Shown here in pieces: positions 39,363 to 54,594 of a stretch of DNA of 64,000 nucleotides. This DNA is from Trichoplax adhaerens. Lineage: Eukaryota > Animalia > Placozoa. A program made the translations under genes and the position numbers. The notes beneath the pieces were generated by a model that did not search any database, was not told the origin of the DNA, and saw nothing but the letters and a program-made list of their open reading frames with translations. Positions within the stretch are counted from its first letter, which is position 1. Every line of letters begins with the position of its first letter. Location of the stretch: positions 2,065,454 through 2,129,453 of the forward strand of contig NW_002060946.1 of NCBI RefSeq assembly GCF_000150275.1, read 5' to 3'.

Positions 39363-40451
39363 ATGAGTATCGACGATACGTATCTTCGTGAAGCAACATG
39401 GAGTAATATTGTTATTACTGTCATATTTTCATTTCTATTTTTGTTGATTGTTATCGGTAATGTTTTAGCATTATTCGTTATTTATCGACGAAAATCATTA
39501 CAAGATCCAGCAGGAGTAGCCTTAGCTAACCTTGCTGTTGGCGATCTCTTAACAAGTATCCCATTACTAGGCTCGACCATTATCTTTTGGATCGATGATG
39601 CTCATATTAATCCGTTAGCGTGTAAAATATTGGCCTTTATGTCATTTTATCCTTTTACAATTATATTATGGACTACAGCATGGATTACATTTGATCGTTG
39701 TTTTGCAGTCTATCATCCATTTAAATATCATCGTATCATTACAGTTAAGACAGTTGTTAGTCTACTCGCCATCGCTTGGATCCTTCTATTAGTATGGTGT
39801 ATGATTCCGTTATTATCGTTGGGCCATGGTTTAGGGAATTACAACTATGTTAATTATACCCATTCCTGTTGGGTTGATGTGGGCAATTATCGGCAAAATG
39901 GAGTCTTTCTATTAATTACTTATTCAGCAGTTTTAGTACTTGTTATTATTGTGGTATTATGTTATAGTATTTTGTTAATTAAAGCGCGACTCGTATTACG
40001 ACGCATAACTACTATTCCTACTTTTCACTATCCTGCGTCATCATCACTGCCGGCACCAAGTCATAAATCAGTTAAGACAACATTAATTGTTGTTGGTGCA
40101 TCATTAATGTGCATTTTACCAGCTGTTATCATCATCTATATTACTATCATGTCACATCGTCTTATTTCAGAGCCGTTAATCTATAATTTATTTTGCTTCT
40201 GGACATTTTATGTAGATGCTGCACTCAATCCATTCATATTTGGCTTCTCTCATAAAACTTTCCGTCTTGGTTATCGTAAATTGTATCGTCATTTTATGAG
40301 TAAATTTATTACACCGCATCATCGAATATATCCTGCAATACCGTCTGCTCCAGCTTCAGTATATAACAGTATCCAAAGTAAAATGAATGATATAGCTAGT
40401 AATGGTTACGATTGTTCAACAATCTTTAATTCTAATTTAAATAACGAATAA
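39363..40451 (+). CDS. Intronless rhodopsin-class (class A) GPCR, orphan
   Basis: Seven hydrophobic segments with GN (TM1), LAVGDL (TM2), Cys plus DRC (TM3), W (TM4), ECL2 Cys, CY (TM5), CILP (TM6) and NPFIF..H..FR (TM7/H8). Confidence 0.95.
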   Translation: MSIDDTYLREATWSNIVITVIFSFLFLLIVIGNVLALFVIYRRKSLQDPAGVALANLAVGDLLTSIPLLGSTIIFWIDDAHINPLACKILAFMSFYPFTIILWTTAWITFDRCFAVYHPFKYHRIITVKTVVSLLAIAWILLLVWCMIPLLSLGHGLGNYNYVNYTHSCWVDVGNYRQNGVFLLITYSAVLVLVIIVVLCYSILLIKARLVLRRITTIPTFHYPASSSLPAPSHKSVKTTLIVVGASLMCILPAVIIIYITIMSHRLISEPLIYNLFCFWTFYVDAALNPFIFGFSHKTFRLGYRKLYRHFMSKFITPHHRIYPAIPSAPASVYNSIQSKMNDIASNGYDCSTIFNSNLNNE

Positions 40452-43082
40452 GGATTATTTTATGCTTATTACATACATTTTTATTTATTAATTCTGTTAT
40501 GGTGTATCCCTATTTATTAAAAATTCTGAGAAAATTCTTGTCACTGTCATCTTTTAGCCTTTCTTCTCTACTACAAAGGTGACATTTTCAAATAACGCTC
40601 CCGCAAAAAGATCTACCTTAGCTAGATAAGCCGTACATGCAGTATATATGTCTTTCATGTTGCATGATCACGCAATCATAACTCATAATTATTCTTAACT
40701 TGATTAGACAGTTGATGTGGGTTTATAAATCGATGAATATTCTATATTTATGGCTAGAGACGCAACTGGATTAAAATCTTTTGTTTGACTTTTGCACTCT
40801 ATGAATTCTGTCTTAAATGCATAATAGTTATACGTAATGAAATCATCTATTTTACTTCTCCATTCTCTACCTTCAATGCACGATATAGTAATCATAAGTT
40901 AATGGATTAATATTTTAAAACGACTGAATAAATGGCTTTATGTAGAAGAGTGACCTTGATCGATTTTAAAAATAGAGTAAAGTATCCAATGAGAAGGATT
41001 TTAAATCTGTGATACATGATCAATTTTGAGCTTCTGTAACGATATTGACGAAAGTATTGAAATCGAAACACTAAAATAGAAAAGTAAAATCATATACCAC
41101 GTATTGTCAGTTGGTTAACTACAGTAGCGTATTCATTTTAGGCCACAACATACGTACGTTACGTATGCGAATGTCTGTCTTGATCATAATCACTTTATAC
41201 ATGTATACGAGTATTAATTAGTGATATATGAATACGGGAAATTAACCTTCAATATCTTGAATATTTACCGAGAAGTCAATCGATTTGAAAATAATTTTTA
41301 CTACTCTCACAGTTTAATTTCAAAGTTTCATAGTAAGATTAGGAAAGAAGTTCACGTATTGCCTTGACTTCCACTTGCCAAAAAGTAACATTGAGCGCGT
41401 ACACTCGTATACACAGTAGAATCCTTTTGCTGATTGGGTTGGCTAAATCAGTTCCTCCTCATTAAAGGGGAAAGGTTCTCGTATTTGTTAGGTTTTAGAT
41501 TGCCATTGATAACAAATTCTTCCTACCTTTTTAATTAGTCTTCTTAGCCAGTGATGCTTACCTTAATCGGGAGCAATAAAATCGATCAGTTAATTAGCTT
41601 ATATTGTAGTGAATTTGCCGAGATCCGACATAATGGAGTTATGATTGGTAGCTGTTCTTTTACCATATGGCTTAATGAATGAGCAAAAGAATTTTTTTTA
41701 TAAGCTGTCAACCCATCATACCATCAAGCAAAAATTCATTTTCTATTTTTCCTCTATGCTAAAATGTATGGAAGCGCTTTACCAATTATGTTGAGTAGGG
41801 ATATTCGGGCTGCTTATGGTTTTATATGCGGGCAAAATTGATGTCTAATAAATTGTTTTGCTGAGCATCAGTTGCGCATTAATAGGTATAACTTAGTTAA
41901 AAATCCAAATATGATATTTAAGGTAGTCATTCTACAACGGGACTTTGAAAGCAAATAAATTTGCTAGACTTATCTTACAATAATTGCTAAGAGCTTCAAC
42001 TATGAGATTTTCCCTCTCCCAATTTGGATCCATTGCATTAGTTCTCTTTGCGGGCAGCAAAGAAATTTGTGATTTTACAATGACCGCACATGAAAGATAT
42101 TTTTTATCTGTATTAAATGTCTTCTAATGTCAAAACAAATCTTGATATAACCGATCCTGAGACATCTTAATGCTACCCAGTGGACGGCTTCGTAAGAACA
42201 ATTTAACTGGAGAGGATGCAAGTGTAATAGGATTTAGCTTTGATAAGCTATTGCAGTTTGATCCAGTGACGATCAATTTATGATACGTATTTTCTCAAAG
42301 CAATTTCTGCCATTAAGTAGCGTAATCTATTTTAGTGGCTAATGCCTCTAAAATTATAGATCATCAGGGGCTAAAGTGCTAAAGATCTTACCGTTCAGTT
42401 ATAGCAACAAGGAAATGAATGGTGTGTTATTTTATCCTATCTGGATTTAGTTACAACGATTTCTCTCAAAAGAATGCTCAAATACGGATCTATTTTGGAC
42501 TGCAGGTGTACAGTACAGTTGGCTTAGTGACTTTGTCAGATAATTTCATGTTCAGGCAAAGCGAAAGACGTTTGTTGCTTATTATAGATCCATGGAATCT
42601 TCGTAACGATTGGCTTTCATCAGGCCAGTATTTGTCAATAGCGAGTAAGACCATTTAACTTCAGGTATTCGCTTGTTATAACGTAGAAGTAATCCATTTA
42701 GGCGCCTTTATCCGATCAATATTCATCAGTAGCGAGTAATTGTAATTTAATTGAATTGAATTATTGCTATTTCCATTGCAGTTGAGCTTATTATTTATTG
42801 ATGAATTCGAATCTGTACAGTGAATGCTTTTCGTTACAATAGCTCCTACTTTCGTCCGGTTAACCTTTGTCATTAAAGACATTTTAACTAATCCCTACTC
42901 TCTCGTTAGGTCAATATTTGTCTTTAGTAAGTAATTAATACAGTAAAAAGACATTTTAACTGCATCTATTTGCTTATTAATAATTATGACCTTTTGGAAA
43001 GTGGGCATCCCTCTAAGCAAAGCCTTCTGCGTATCGCAAGGGTAAGCTTATCATGATAGAGTACGCACTGTATACACTACGT

Positions 43083-43835
43083 TACTTGTATCCTAGTGTT
43101 TTTAGTGACCTGTTGTAAGGACTAATTCATCTATTTTCTTTCTAAGCCAAGCAAAAGAAATGCTTTATACTTGTAGATTAAAGCTCTATATTGGTCTAAG
43201 AACTAACTAATTCTGCTATTTTCTTTCTAAGCCAAGCAAAAAAATGCTCTGTACTTGTAACTTTTTACTAGCGTAAGGACTAACTAATCCTGCAATTTTC
43301 CTTCTAAATCAAGCCAGAAATGCTTCGTACCTGTAGATTAGAGCTTGCAGTATATTGGCCCAATGAGCTAACTCGTTGGACCATTTTCCTTCCTAAACGA
43401 AGCAAAAACTGTCTCATACTAGTAGATTAACGCTTTTTATTGATCTAGGAGTAACTAGTTCGGTCATTTTCTCTCCAAACGAAGCAAATGTCTCATACTT
43501 GTAGATAGGACGTTATATTGGCCCAACGAGCTAACTCATTCGAGCATTTTTTCCTAACGAATCAAAAAATTGCCTTGTACTTGTAGATTAGAGCTTGCTA
43601 TTGATCTAAGAACGAACTAATTCGGCCATTTTCTCTCTAAACGAAGCTAAAAAAAATGCCTCGTACTTGCAGACGAGAGCTTTTACTTGGCCTAAGAGCC
43701 AACTACTGTAATGCAACTATTGTCTCTGTAAACGAATCGAAAAATGCTTCAAAATCGTGGATAAGAGCTTTATTTTGGCTCAAGAGCTAACTACAATCCT
43801 TCATCCATTTATATTCTCTAATTACAGCAAAAGAG
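43083..43835. repeat. Degenerate ~84-bp tandem repeat, ~9 copies
   Basis: TACTTGTAGATTAGAGCT...ATTGGCCTAAGA.CTAACTAATTC...ATTTTCT.TCTAAAC.AAGCAAAAAATG recurs at about 43083, 43168, 43252, 43328, 43417, 43496, 43578, 43664 and 43753. Confidence 0.9.
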
Positions 43836-43844
43836 GTTTGTACA

Positions 43845-44185
43845 GTGTGAACTACCAGAGGGTAAAAGAATTTCGTCATCTACAAATCATTGCAAAAAAA
43901 GACCCTAATAATTATAAAGTCTTTTTTGAAAGGGTGGCTTCGTTAGATCACTTTCTCTCAGAAGAGAGAACTGTGCCGTGGTAGTACGACACCAACGACC
44001 TAGACTTCGTCCTGAGCCAATCTAAACATGTTTGCGAAATGTTTATAAACTCATTAAAAATAGTCCTGCCTTTGCTTATGGTACAAATGATACAGTGCCA
44101 CATCGCAAACGGACTGTATACTACAGTCTGCAATAGCATAGAGTTCATACTACTGTAAGCCAAGCTATTACAGTACATAGTGGCA
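43845..44185 (+). ncRNA. Candidate structured non-coding element E3
   Basis: ACTACCA 43851-43857/TGGTAGT 43979-43985 encloses AAAAAAGAC/GTCTTTTTT and TTCTCTC-AGAA-GAGAGAA (43953-43970). Also TAAACAT/ATGTTTA (44023-44045) and CGGACTGTA-TAC-TACAGTCTG (44110-44130). Confidence 0.4.
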
Positions 44186-45024
44186 CCGTGGAGCGTGTGT
44201 ACTGTAGTACTGTACAGTGTACAGTACGTTTAATTTGCATTTTTCCACAGCCAGCGAGCGGTCATCGTCATCGTGTTGATGTACCACCCAAATGGAAATG
44301 TGTAGTAACGACGGCAGTAAATTTTCTTCTAGGCTCTATTGCACTATTTAACAGGAAAGTTAAATGATAATGAACACTAGTCTATATATTGCAGTGTCTA
44401 GGCATCAACGTCTGTTTAGTATGAATGAACTATTAGTACAGAGTATCGTTTCGAGTAGTGCATTGGTTTACACTTGCAGAACTGTATACTGTAGGTCCGA
44501 ATGGAGGACTGCAGAGATAAATTGGAGCAAGATAAATACTGTAGTAACAAGTGGATCAGGGATTGATTGTAATTTCACATCATACCATACACCTACATCT
44601 AACAGACCAAAGTCTGTATCTGTAGAGTAATCGATTTCGATAAGAACATCCTCATCACCTCCACATCATTATGGTCATGGCACTGAAACAATCAAGGCTT
44701 CAGTACTCCCAGTTATTAGTCTCGTCATTTCAAAGTCTGACTTGACGCCAGACAATGATCAAATAAGAACAAGTGTATCTCGTAATATCTTTAAGAATTT
44801 ACTTATTATTACTGTAACTTTCTATATAACTACAACTTATAATCTATATTAATTAGCTTATCACAGTACTGAATAGATTCTATTCTAATGGCAACTACAG
44901 AAATAGTAACTTGCAACTCAACTATCAACTATGTTCTACGAATCGATTGACTGCTTATGAGTACAGTAGGAATAAACGTAAGCATATGTAGACGTTATCG
45001 AACGGGTGTTACTATACAAACAGT

Positions 45025-45400
45025 ATAACAGTACAGTACTGTACTGTACAGTACTACAGTATATCGTACCTTAACCGGTACTTCTTCACCAGTATGGTAA
45101 TAATTATTATAACTATTGGATGTTGAATGAGTGCTCACAGCAAGACACTATCCAGTGCGTGCCCATTGCCTAAGCGCTCGTACAGTACAGTGTACTGTAA
45201 TACTGTACAGTGTACAGTACAGTACTGTACACTGTATTCTGAGTTGAACTTTCACAGCACTGTACTGTACTGTACTGAGCAGAGCGGGGGTACTGTATCA
45301 GTCAGAAGTAGAAACGTACAAACATTGTAGTATACAGTAGAAAATACTGGGTACTGAATTGTGCAATGCGCTAACGTGCTGTACTCAGTGTCCAGTACTA
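45025..45400. promoter_or_regulatory. TACAGTA/TACTGTA cluster, candidate Rap1 promoter region
   Basis: Dense motif cluster followed by a non-coding exon-like segment ending CCAG|GTAAGT (donor at 45568). An acceptor lies at ~50833, upstream of the Rap1 ATG. Smaller clusters occur at 44110-44228, 46540-46840, 47205-47385 and 48965-49045. Confidence 0.5.
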
Positions 45401-48400
45401 GCATACGTCCATTTGTTTTTCTAACACGACGACCTTAGGAAGGTAACAGAAAAAGGTTTCAAAGTCTCGTTACCAGAATCGCTGTAGAAGTTCAGTGAGT
45501 GCCACGGCTTGTGTGGAGATAAAAACGCATTTCTTCATCGCAAATATCACTTGGTCTCTATCTCCAGGTAAGTTGAATGACTTTATGAATACGATCTTAA
45601 ACTTGCGGTGTTATGGAAATGGACTATTTTTAATTATATTGACGCCATTATAAATCACAGTAATAGTTGAGGCAAAAGATAACCGACATGTCGCTTTTAT
45701 TCTTTTGTATACGTATTCATTAACATTAATTATATTATCCGAGGCAGGCTTACTACACTATTTCGGTTTTACTAATACACTTTATGATTTAAAAAAATAG
45801 ATTGCTGATATTAACTTCTATCGTTTGCAATATTCATCTATTTCCTTAACCATAATGATAGGAGTAAGGGCGACGAAGGAATTCACTTAGTGTTGAATCC
45901 CAGTCACAAATGATAGGGCAAAAACATACAAAGTTCAACTTTGCGCCGTCCACTATCAATTTTAAAATGACGCTATCCTTTTGTAAATTTGTTCGAGTCA
46001 AGACAGGACAATTTTTTCTTCTCTTTATTGCTGTATGATGTTGTCAAGGATGAGCAAATTACGTCTTATTCTGTTGTGCACAACAATTTAATTTTAAATG
46101 TATGAAATGGACTGTAAAGTGTCATAGTGTGTCACTTAGGATCGTCATTACACTAGGTTGTATTTTTCAGTAAAAGTCGGAACTACGGTATCCTGGTATC
46201 CACTTTTTAGGCGTACATTACAGTCCGTGTACTTTGTTGAAGCATTATCATACTGTATTGTTCTAACTCTCCTTTTCAAAGGGAAGTTAGTGCTTAGAAA
46301 GGACCGTTCAATGTCGATCTGAGTAATGTATCTAGGATTGAAAAGTGAAGATATTCGGAATTGGTAATAACCTTGTGCTAGCCTTGCCCTTTTAGTACTA
46401 CAGTATTCTTCTATCCCTATAGTTGGTTGCTAAACACGGCAGGAGCTGAAACGCGCTGATAAGCTTTTGATACGTTTACGAGTCGATCGATCGATCAGAG
46501 CGTCATTTCGTCTCTTTTGTTACAATAGTGGACTTATGTTCTATACCGTACTGTATAGTGCGGACAACCGTATCAAGCACGCGATCAATAGCAATACTGT
46601 ACGACGTGTAACACGGACGATTCAGGAGCTTGCTCTACGTGCGTATGCATGGACGACGTGTTACTGTATTGTACAGCACGTTTTCACTTTTTTTTTGGCC
46701 CCTACGAACTCTTTCATGCTCCTACAGTACGATTTCAGTACAGTGTTTTATCGATCGACGCTTGGCTAGTACTGTACGTACATACAGTACAGTAGCACTG
46801 CACATACTAGACCCATTAACGTTGTACAGTAGTATAGTATGGACGGAAGCTATTCTTGCTCTCTTTGTTGGGTTGGGACTAAATATTGAACGCGACAGTT
46901 TTTACAACTACGAGCAAATGGCTTACTCGTCAGTTACTCCATTGACCGTAGCCTAAATACTACTAGGATTGTTTTTAATGGAAGTTGACTGTTGCATGCC
47001 CATTTATCGCCCAATTTTTGAAGAAAAAAAGTTACTGTAGTGATGAATAGGATTGCGATACTCGCAAAATTGTCATCTGCACTTTTTGCAGTTAGGCAAG
47101 CGATAAGCGTTGAAAACATCAATTGAAATCATACAGTAGATTAGCTTTGATGATGATTGCGATTCTATGATAGTTCTTATAGGACTAGATATACTATTGC
47201 TATTAGTGCAGTACAGTACAACAATGATAACATACGTAGATTGAGTATTTTTATATCTTTAATGTATTTATGAAATATTACTCGATAGTGCAGTTGACAT
47301 TCGCTACCGATCATAACTTGCGCGACATTGCTCCTTGTATACTGTATATTGACTGATTTCTTATGCAATAGTACGGTACAGTAGTTTACAAGTAAGAGAC
47401 TGTGTCATGCACCAAACACTTCATTGTAATACATAGGACTGTCGACGAAATTACTAGCTGGAAAATATTTTCTGCATAACATTCACCGTCTGCGATCTTG
47501 ATTAATTATCCATTGTACGTATAAATTGTTCTATTGTACAGTGAAATATTTTGGCGCTTTCGTTCACTCGTCCACTAGACTTGCACCTTCATCATCCTGT
47601 TACTATACTACTGTACTTATTATAAGTTCGTATAGAAACTGTACTGTTGTGTGTGCAGTGAGTTAGCTTGCTCTAAGATATTGTCATGCATAGCCCTGTA
47701 TCACATTCACCTTTATTATAGACTGCATTTTACAGGAACTATTATAAACAATACCCATATAAAGTTCCCTACCAATGATTTATTGATTGATTAGGATTGT
47801 AAAAAAATTTACCTTTTGTATGCAACAGTAACAGGGTTCGTACGGTTCAACCGGTACCATACAATACAATAAACAAAATACGATAGTGAAAGAGACTAGC
47901 GTACAGCGGATAGCATTTTATCTTGCATGCATATTGTCATTAACTAGCAAAGTTTTGAAACTCCAGGGACTTGATTTCAGTATTTTGGCATGGAATTGCT
48001 AAAGGTACATCTAGCGGTACATCCTAACTAGCGTTGTTTTACTGCCAATAAATAATAGATTGCATTAACTCATTCCAATGCGATCGTACAACGTCATGTT
48101 TTGTCATTGTAATGTATAAATTTTACTGCACTGTTTAGTGTACCGATATCGACAGGACAGTATACTAAAATTAAATTATTAATTGGCAAGAGAGTAGACA
48201 AGGGCGACAAATCGATTAGCAAGTAGTTGAGCAGTTTTCACTTCGCATTTAATTGTAATAATATTGTAATTGTACAACGACTGTCGTAATACTGAGTCTA
48301 CAGCGACTAGACTCTACCAAGTCTAGATTGAACCGCCAGTTTATGGCCATGACTCAATAATTACTGCATCTCGATCATTCAAAACAACCTTTTTAGTGGC

Positions 48401-50942
48401 ATTTTACGACAGTAGTTAGTTTTGATCCTCCGACTAGACAAGCTAGTAGTTTCTTTGTTTCTTTTACGATACTCGATTAATTATACTTAAAAATACTTTA
48501 GTACTGTACTGTATAATTCCACTTTTCATGGTTTTCACGGACTATCTTTCTGCTGCATTGTACCGTGTTAACAGGATATCATTATTTTACATGCAATCAG
48601 CTTTATACTAGTTAGTATGATATGCCGATCTTGTGAATGATGGTCGTATAGGAATTTTTTTATAACCCCTTGAATGATCGTATGATCTCTATCTGTTTAT
48701 AGTTGATAGAATTTGTACTATCGATAATATGATAGACTATTCACTCACAGTATTCTCAAACATTTATATACTAATTTACGAAATAAGGTACTTTGGTTTA
48801 GTCTGAATATATTTCGGACGTGTCTAATGTAACTGGCTATTCATTAGCCATGTGCATGTACTTGATTCCTATTTTATTTACGGTCGAGTTATGTATTTAT
48901 TTTTTTTATAAACTGAGAAGTAATCACTACAGTATTAGCCGCACCACCATATTAGGCGAAATACCTAAGTACAGTGTACTATACTGTACTTGCATTGCGA
49001 AGAATAGAGTACCAGGTAGTACCATGGGTAGTACAGTACAGTATGCAGTTTCATACTCACAGTTATCATTGGAGTAGGCTACTCTTGTATTGCATTATCA
49101 TTAATGATGCCTAAGTACATGGTTAGGCTACCATCTGCCCAGGAAGGGCTACTCAGTTGCTTTCTAGTTGTCTAGTATTGCAGTGCTAATTATGAATGTA
49201 GTTGTTTTGTTTATCCATAGCTTACGATACAGATTACTGTAGAGAAGTTTTTCATCGCCCTACAGCGTCCTAAATTCGTAAAAAATAGCTTCTATAATGT
49301 TTAAATTCTTTGCAATGCGAGTTATGGCGTTTCTTATTATGTAGATTGTCCATCCATAGTGATGGATGCCTACTATAGTTCATAGCTTCCTTTACAGTAT
49401 ACCGTTTCTTGAAGATTCATTACGCGACTAAGGGTGGTTAATTGCTTTGTATTCATTGCCAACTACTGTAGTAGCTATTTTGAACTTTTACTACCCGCCA
49501 TGTAGCCCTATGTACTGTACAATGTAATGTTGAAGAGAGAATTTCTCTTGATGGAAAAAAATGATTGTATGAGCTTCATTCGTAAAGTACAGTACTGTAT
49601 ATTAAACACCTCATGTATACGATACTTATTATATCAGAGTACGTATGTCAGAATCTGATTTCGGCGGTTTCCTGTATAACATTCATGATAAACAGAAAAG
49701 ATAAATTTATTCGCTGGCATGACGGTTTAAAAATTGAAGATAATGTGATTGATGATGATATGCAATCATGATTGAATAAGCTATAAAAATCTTTCACTTG
49801 AGTCTTTATTCCTGGTCGTGTAATAACCAAATTGTCGTCGATGTATACTTTACTACTTTCAATTAATGCGAGCGTGCACTGTGGTCTCCAATTAATAGCA
49901 AACTGTACTACTAATCGACAGATTCGATAATAATTATAATTATTATCATATTATATACTGTAGTAGTTGTACAATACTCTACGTACTTCTAAGTATAGCA
50001 TATCAAAGGGTCATACTATTACTAATAAGCTGATTTAGGTAGTCTGCGATAAATTGTTATTCACAATTTTACTGACCCTAGCGCTGCAGTGAATGTAATA
50101 ATACTAATACTGTATACGCTTGTATGTAGACTGTATTACAATACTATACTGTGGTTATTGATTCGATCGTTCTGTATTATTATAATATATATATTACTAC
50201 AGTATTTTAATTCAGTATGACATACTTGCTAAAGAAATCGCTATTGGTCTTACGGTAATAGTATCTTATTCTTGGATTAAAAGTTTATTATAACAGAAAG
50301 CTAAAGACAGGAGTATGTCGGATTTTTCGTTACTTCGTCCGAAGCTAACTATTGTTAGGACCTTTTATGTAACAGTGAAGTTGAATCACATGGCTTGCAG
50401 CTGTTGCCGGGGAATAATTGCTTCATTGAAATAAATTTAATGCCGTCAAAAGAGTTGTAAATACTGATACCATTGAGAATAAAGGACAAAAAATTAAAGT
50501 TCCTATCGACTTAAGCCCAACCCCAATTCTGACTACATAACTTCAAATTTGTTGGATGACGGATATGTAAATTGAAACGCAACGGCTAGTCATTTATTGT
50601 TTTAAATGGAATGGGGTGTTCAGCATATAAATAATTAATAATTATCTGGAGGCTAGTTTTCGTACACAGTTCTGCTCATTTTCTCATCAATATCTCTTGT
50701 CATAATGATATAATTGATTGATCTATTATATTATATCATACTCAACATTTCATATTGAATAGTATTTTTTATACGGAGGCTGTCTTTCTTTTATATGGTA
50801 ACTGATTCAATACTTTTGCTACTTGCAAATCTAGGGTTGAACTAAATTCTTACTGGCATAGTTGTGGTATAGAAAACGTTAGGATTAAAGTAATACATAG
50901 CTATTTGATCGAATTTTGAATCGTTACTAAGTAAAAGTAAAA

Positions 50943-52878
<1,936 letters not shown>

Positions 52879-53328
52879 TATGAATATGCTATTGCATGTT
52901 TATAAGCTTTACAATTTAGGATCGGCATTCGCAAATGTTGACAGGAAGAAGCACACTTAGTTATTGAAATTACGTTTTGAGATGTTTCAATAATTTGACT
53001 TTAAAAAATGATTTTTGAAAGTAAGGCTATGATTGAATATGAAATGCGAAGTGATTTATGCGTAATGAAATCTTTACGTAATTTCATTTTTGTGTTGAAA
53101 CATTAATTTTCTTTGCGTTGGACAGTAAAATATTTCGATGAGAATAACATTTCATAAATTATTATAATGCCAATAATACCGTGTTGAAAATTTGTAAATT
53201 ATACGTTTATTACTCTATATAACATTTACATGTAATGGTAAGCATACAGTTTTGCTTCTGAGATTTATGGCCATTACTCCTGCGATTGCTATAGACTGTT
53301 GACAAATATCTCCTTTATATGATTAATA

Positions 53329-53397
53329 TTGGACTGTGTTTCCGGTATATCATGCTTAAAAAAATGATTGGACTGTGCTTCCGGTATATCATGTTTA
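53329..53397. repeat. 39-bp direct duplication
   Basis: TTGGACTGTG(T/C)TTCCGGTATATCATG(C/T)TTA occurs twice, 39 nt apart. Confidence 0.85.
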
Positions 53398-54029
53398 GTA
53401 AGAGAGGGAATATTTGTAGTGCAGTATATTGACGAAGGGAGATCTAAATCGTTACTGTCATGTTTAAGATTATGCAATGCTAGATAGTAATTCTTTTTGT
53501 CATTGTGATGATTACGCAAGTGTAATTTCTTTTTATGATTGTTGTTACCTATTTCAAAGTCCTAATATGCTGTTAATGGTACGGTTATACACAGTTTACT
53601 TCACTAACCTGAATATTTAAATATATTATGAATCGTTTTATTAATATCAATATTGTAGATCAATGACCGTTTTTAATTGTATTATATCTCGCCCATGATA
53701 GTCTTTAGTGTGATTATCTCTAAGTACATGGTTAATAAAGCTTTATAATAATCGATTTATGGTTGATTGGTTTGTAGTAATTTAACCTTTGCGTTTGATT
53801 GTAAAAAATTGATGAAAGAAGAGTTGTAATACTTGCCGTAACGAATTTTTTCACGCAGAATATCGAGATTGGATTTCCGGGGATGTTTGCTATAGTTCCT
53901 TACTGTGAAGCTTTATTATGATGATTCGATTTTGCAAAGGAAGTTAGCTAATGTTATTGGACAAAATGTTAACAGCCTACAGCAGGAAATCAACAATACA
54001 TGATAGTTAATTTCCCGTTAGCCCACTAA

Positions 54030-54530
54030 TCACTGTCACAGACTGTGAAAGCATGGGACATTGTTGACCTAGGACGTACAGTATGATACTGTAGACAGGT
54101 GCGTTAGGAGTGATTGATTCAGTTTCAAGTGTTGAACTGCAATACATACTCAAACCAATCATACACAACAGTATTAGCACCAGGTATTGTATTGTAAAGT
54201 AAGGTAATGTCCAAAAAATCTATAATGGTAAAAGAGAGCGTTATTGTTGGATGTCAGATATAGGGAAGTCCTTACCTCTGCTTAGACTGACAACTACGGT
54301 ACAGTACGAGTTAATTGAGAAGTGTCTCTTGTCTCTAGTACTGTCCTGTACTGTATGTTATACAGTATAGTAGACCAGTTGTGTTACTAGCCTCTGTGTG
54401 TATGGTTCTCATTCATAACCTGAATGAAAATCCCCATACTTTTCAGAGTCTAAAAATGAGTTTCTCATCGAGGAAAAGAGTACACAGTACAGTAATAATT
54501 ACTAGTGTGCTCTACTGTCAGTACAGCACA
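54030..54530 (+). ncRNA. Candidate structured non-coding element E4
   Basis: GGACATTG 54056-54063/TAATGTCC 54205-54212 encloses nested stems. GTATGG/CCATAC (54400-54439) encloses TCATTCA-TAACC-TGAATGA. AGAGTACAC 54477-54485 pairs with GTGTGCTCT 54505-54513. Confidence 0.4.
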
Positions 54531-54594
54531 CCACTTTGCCATCCAAAAATTGGAAACGAAAATCAACGCATCTTCCATTGCACAACAAGTACGA

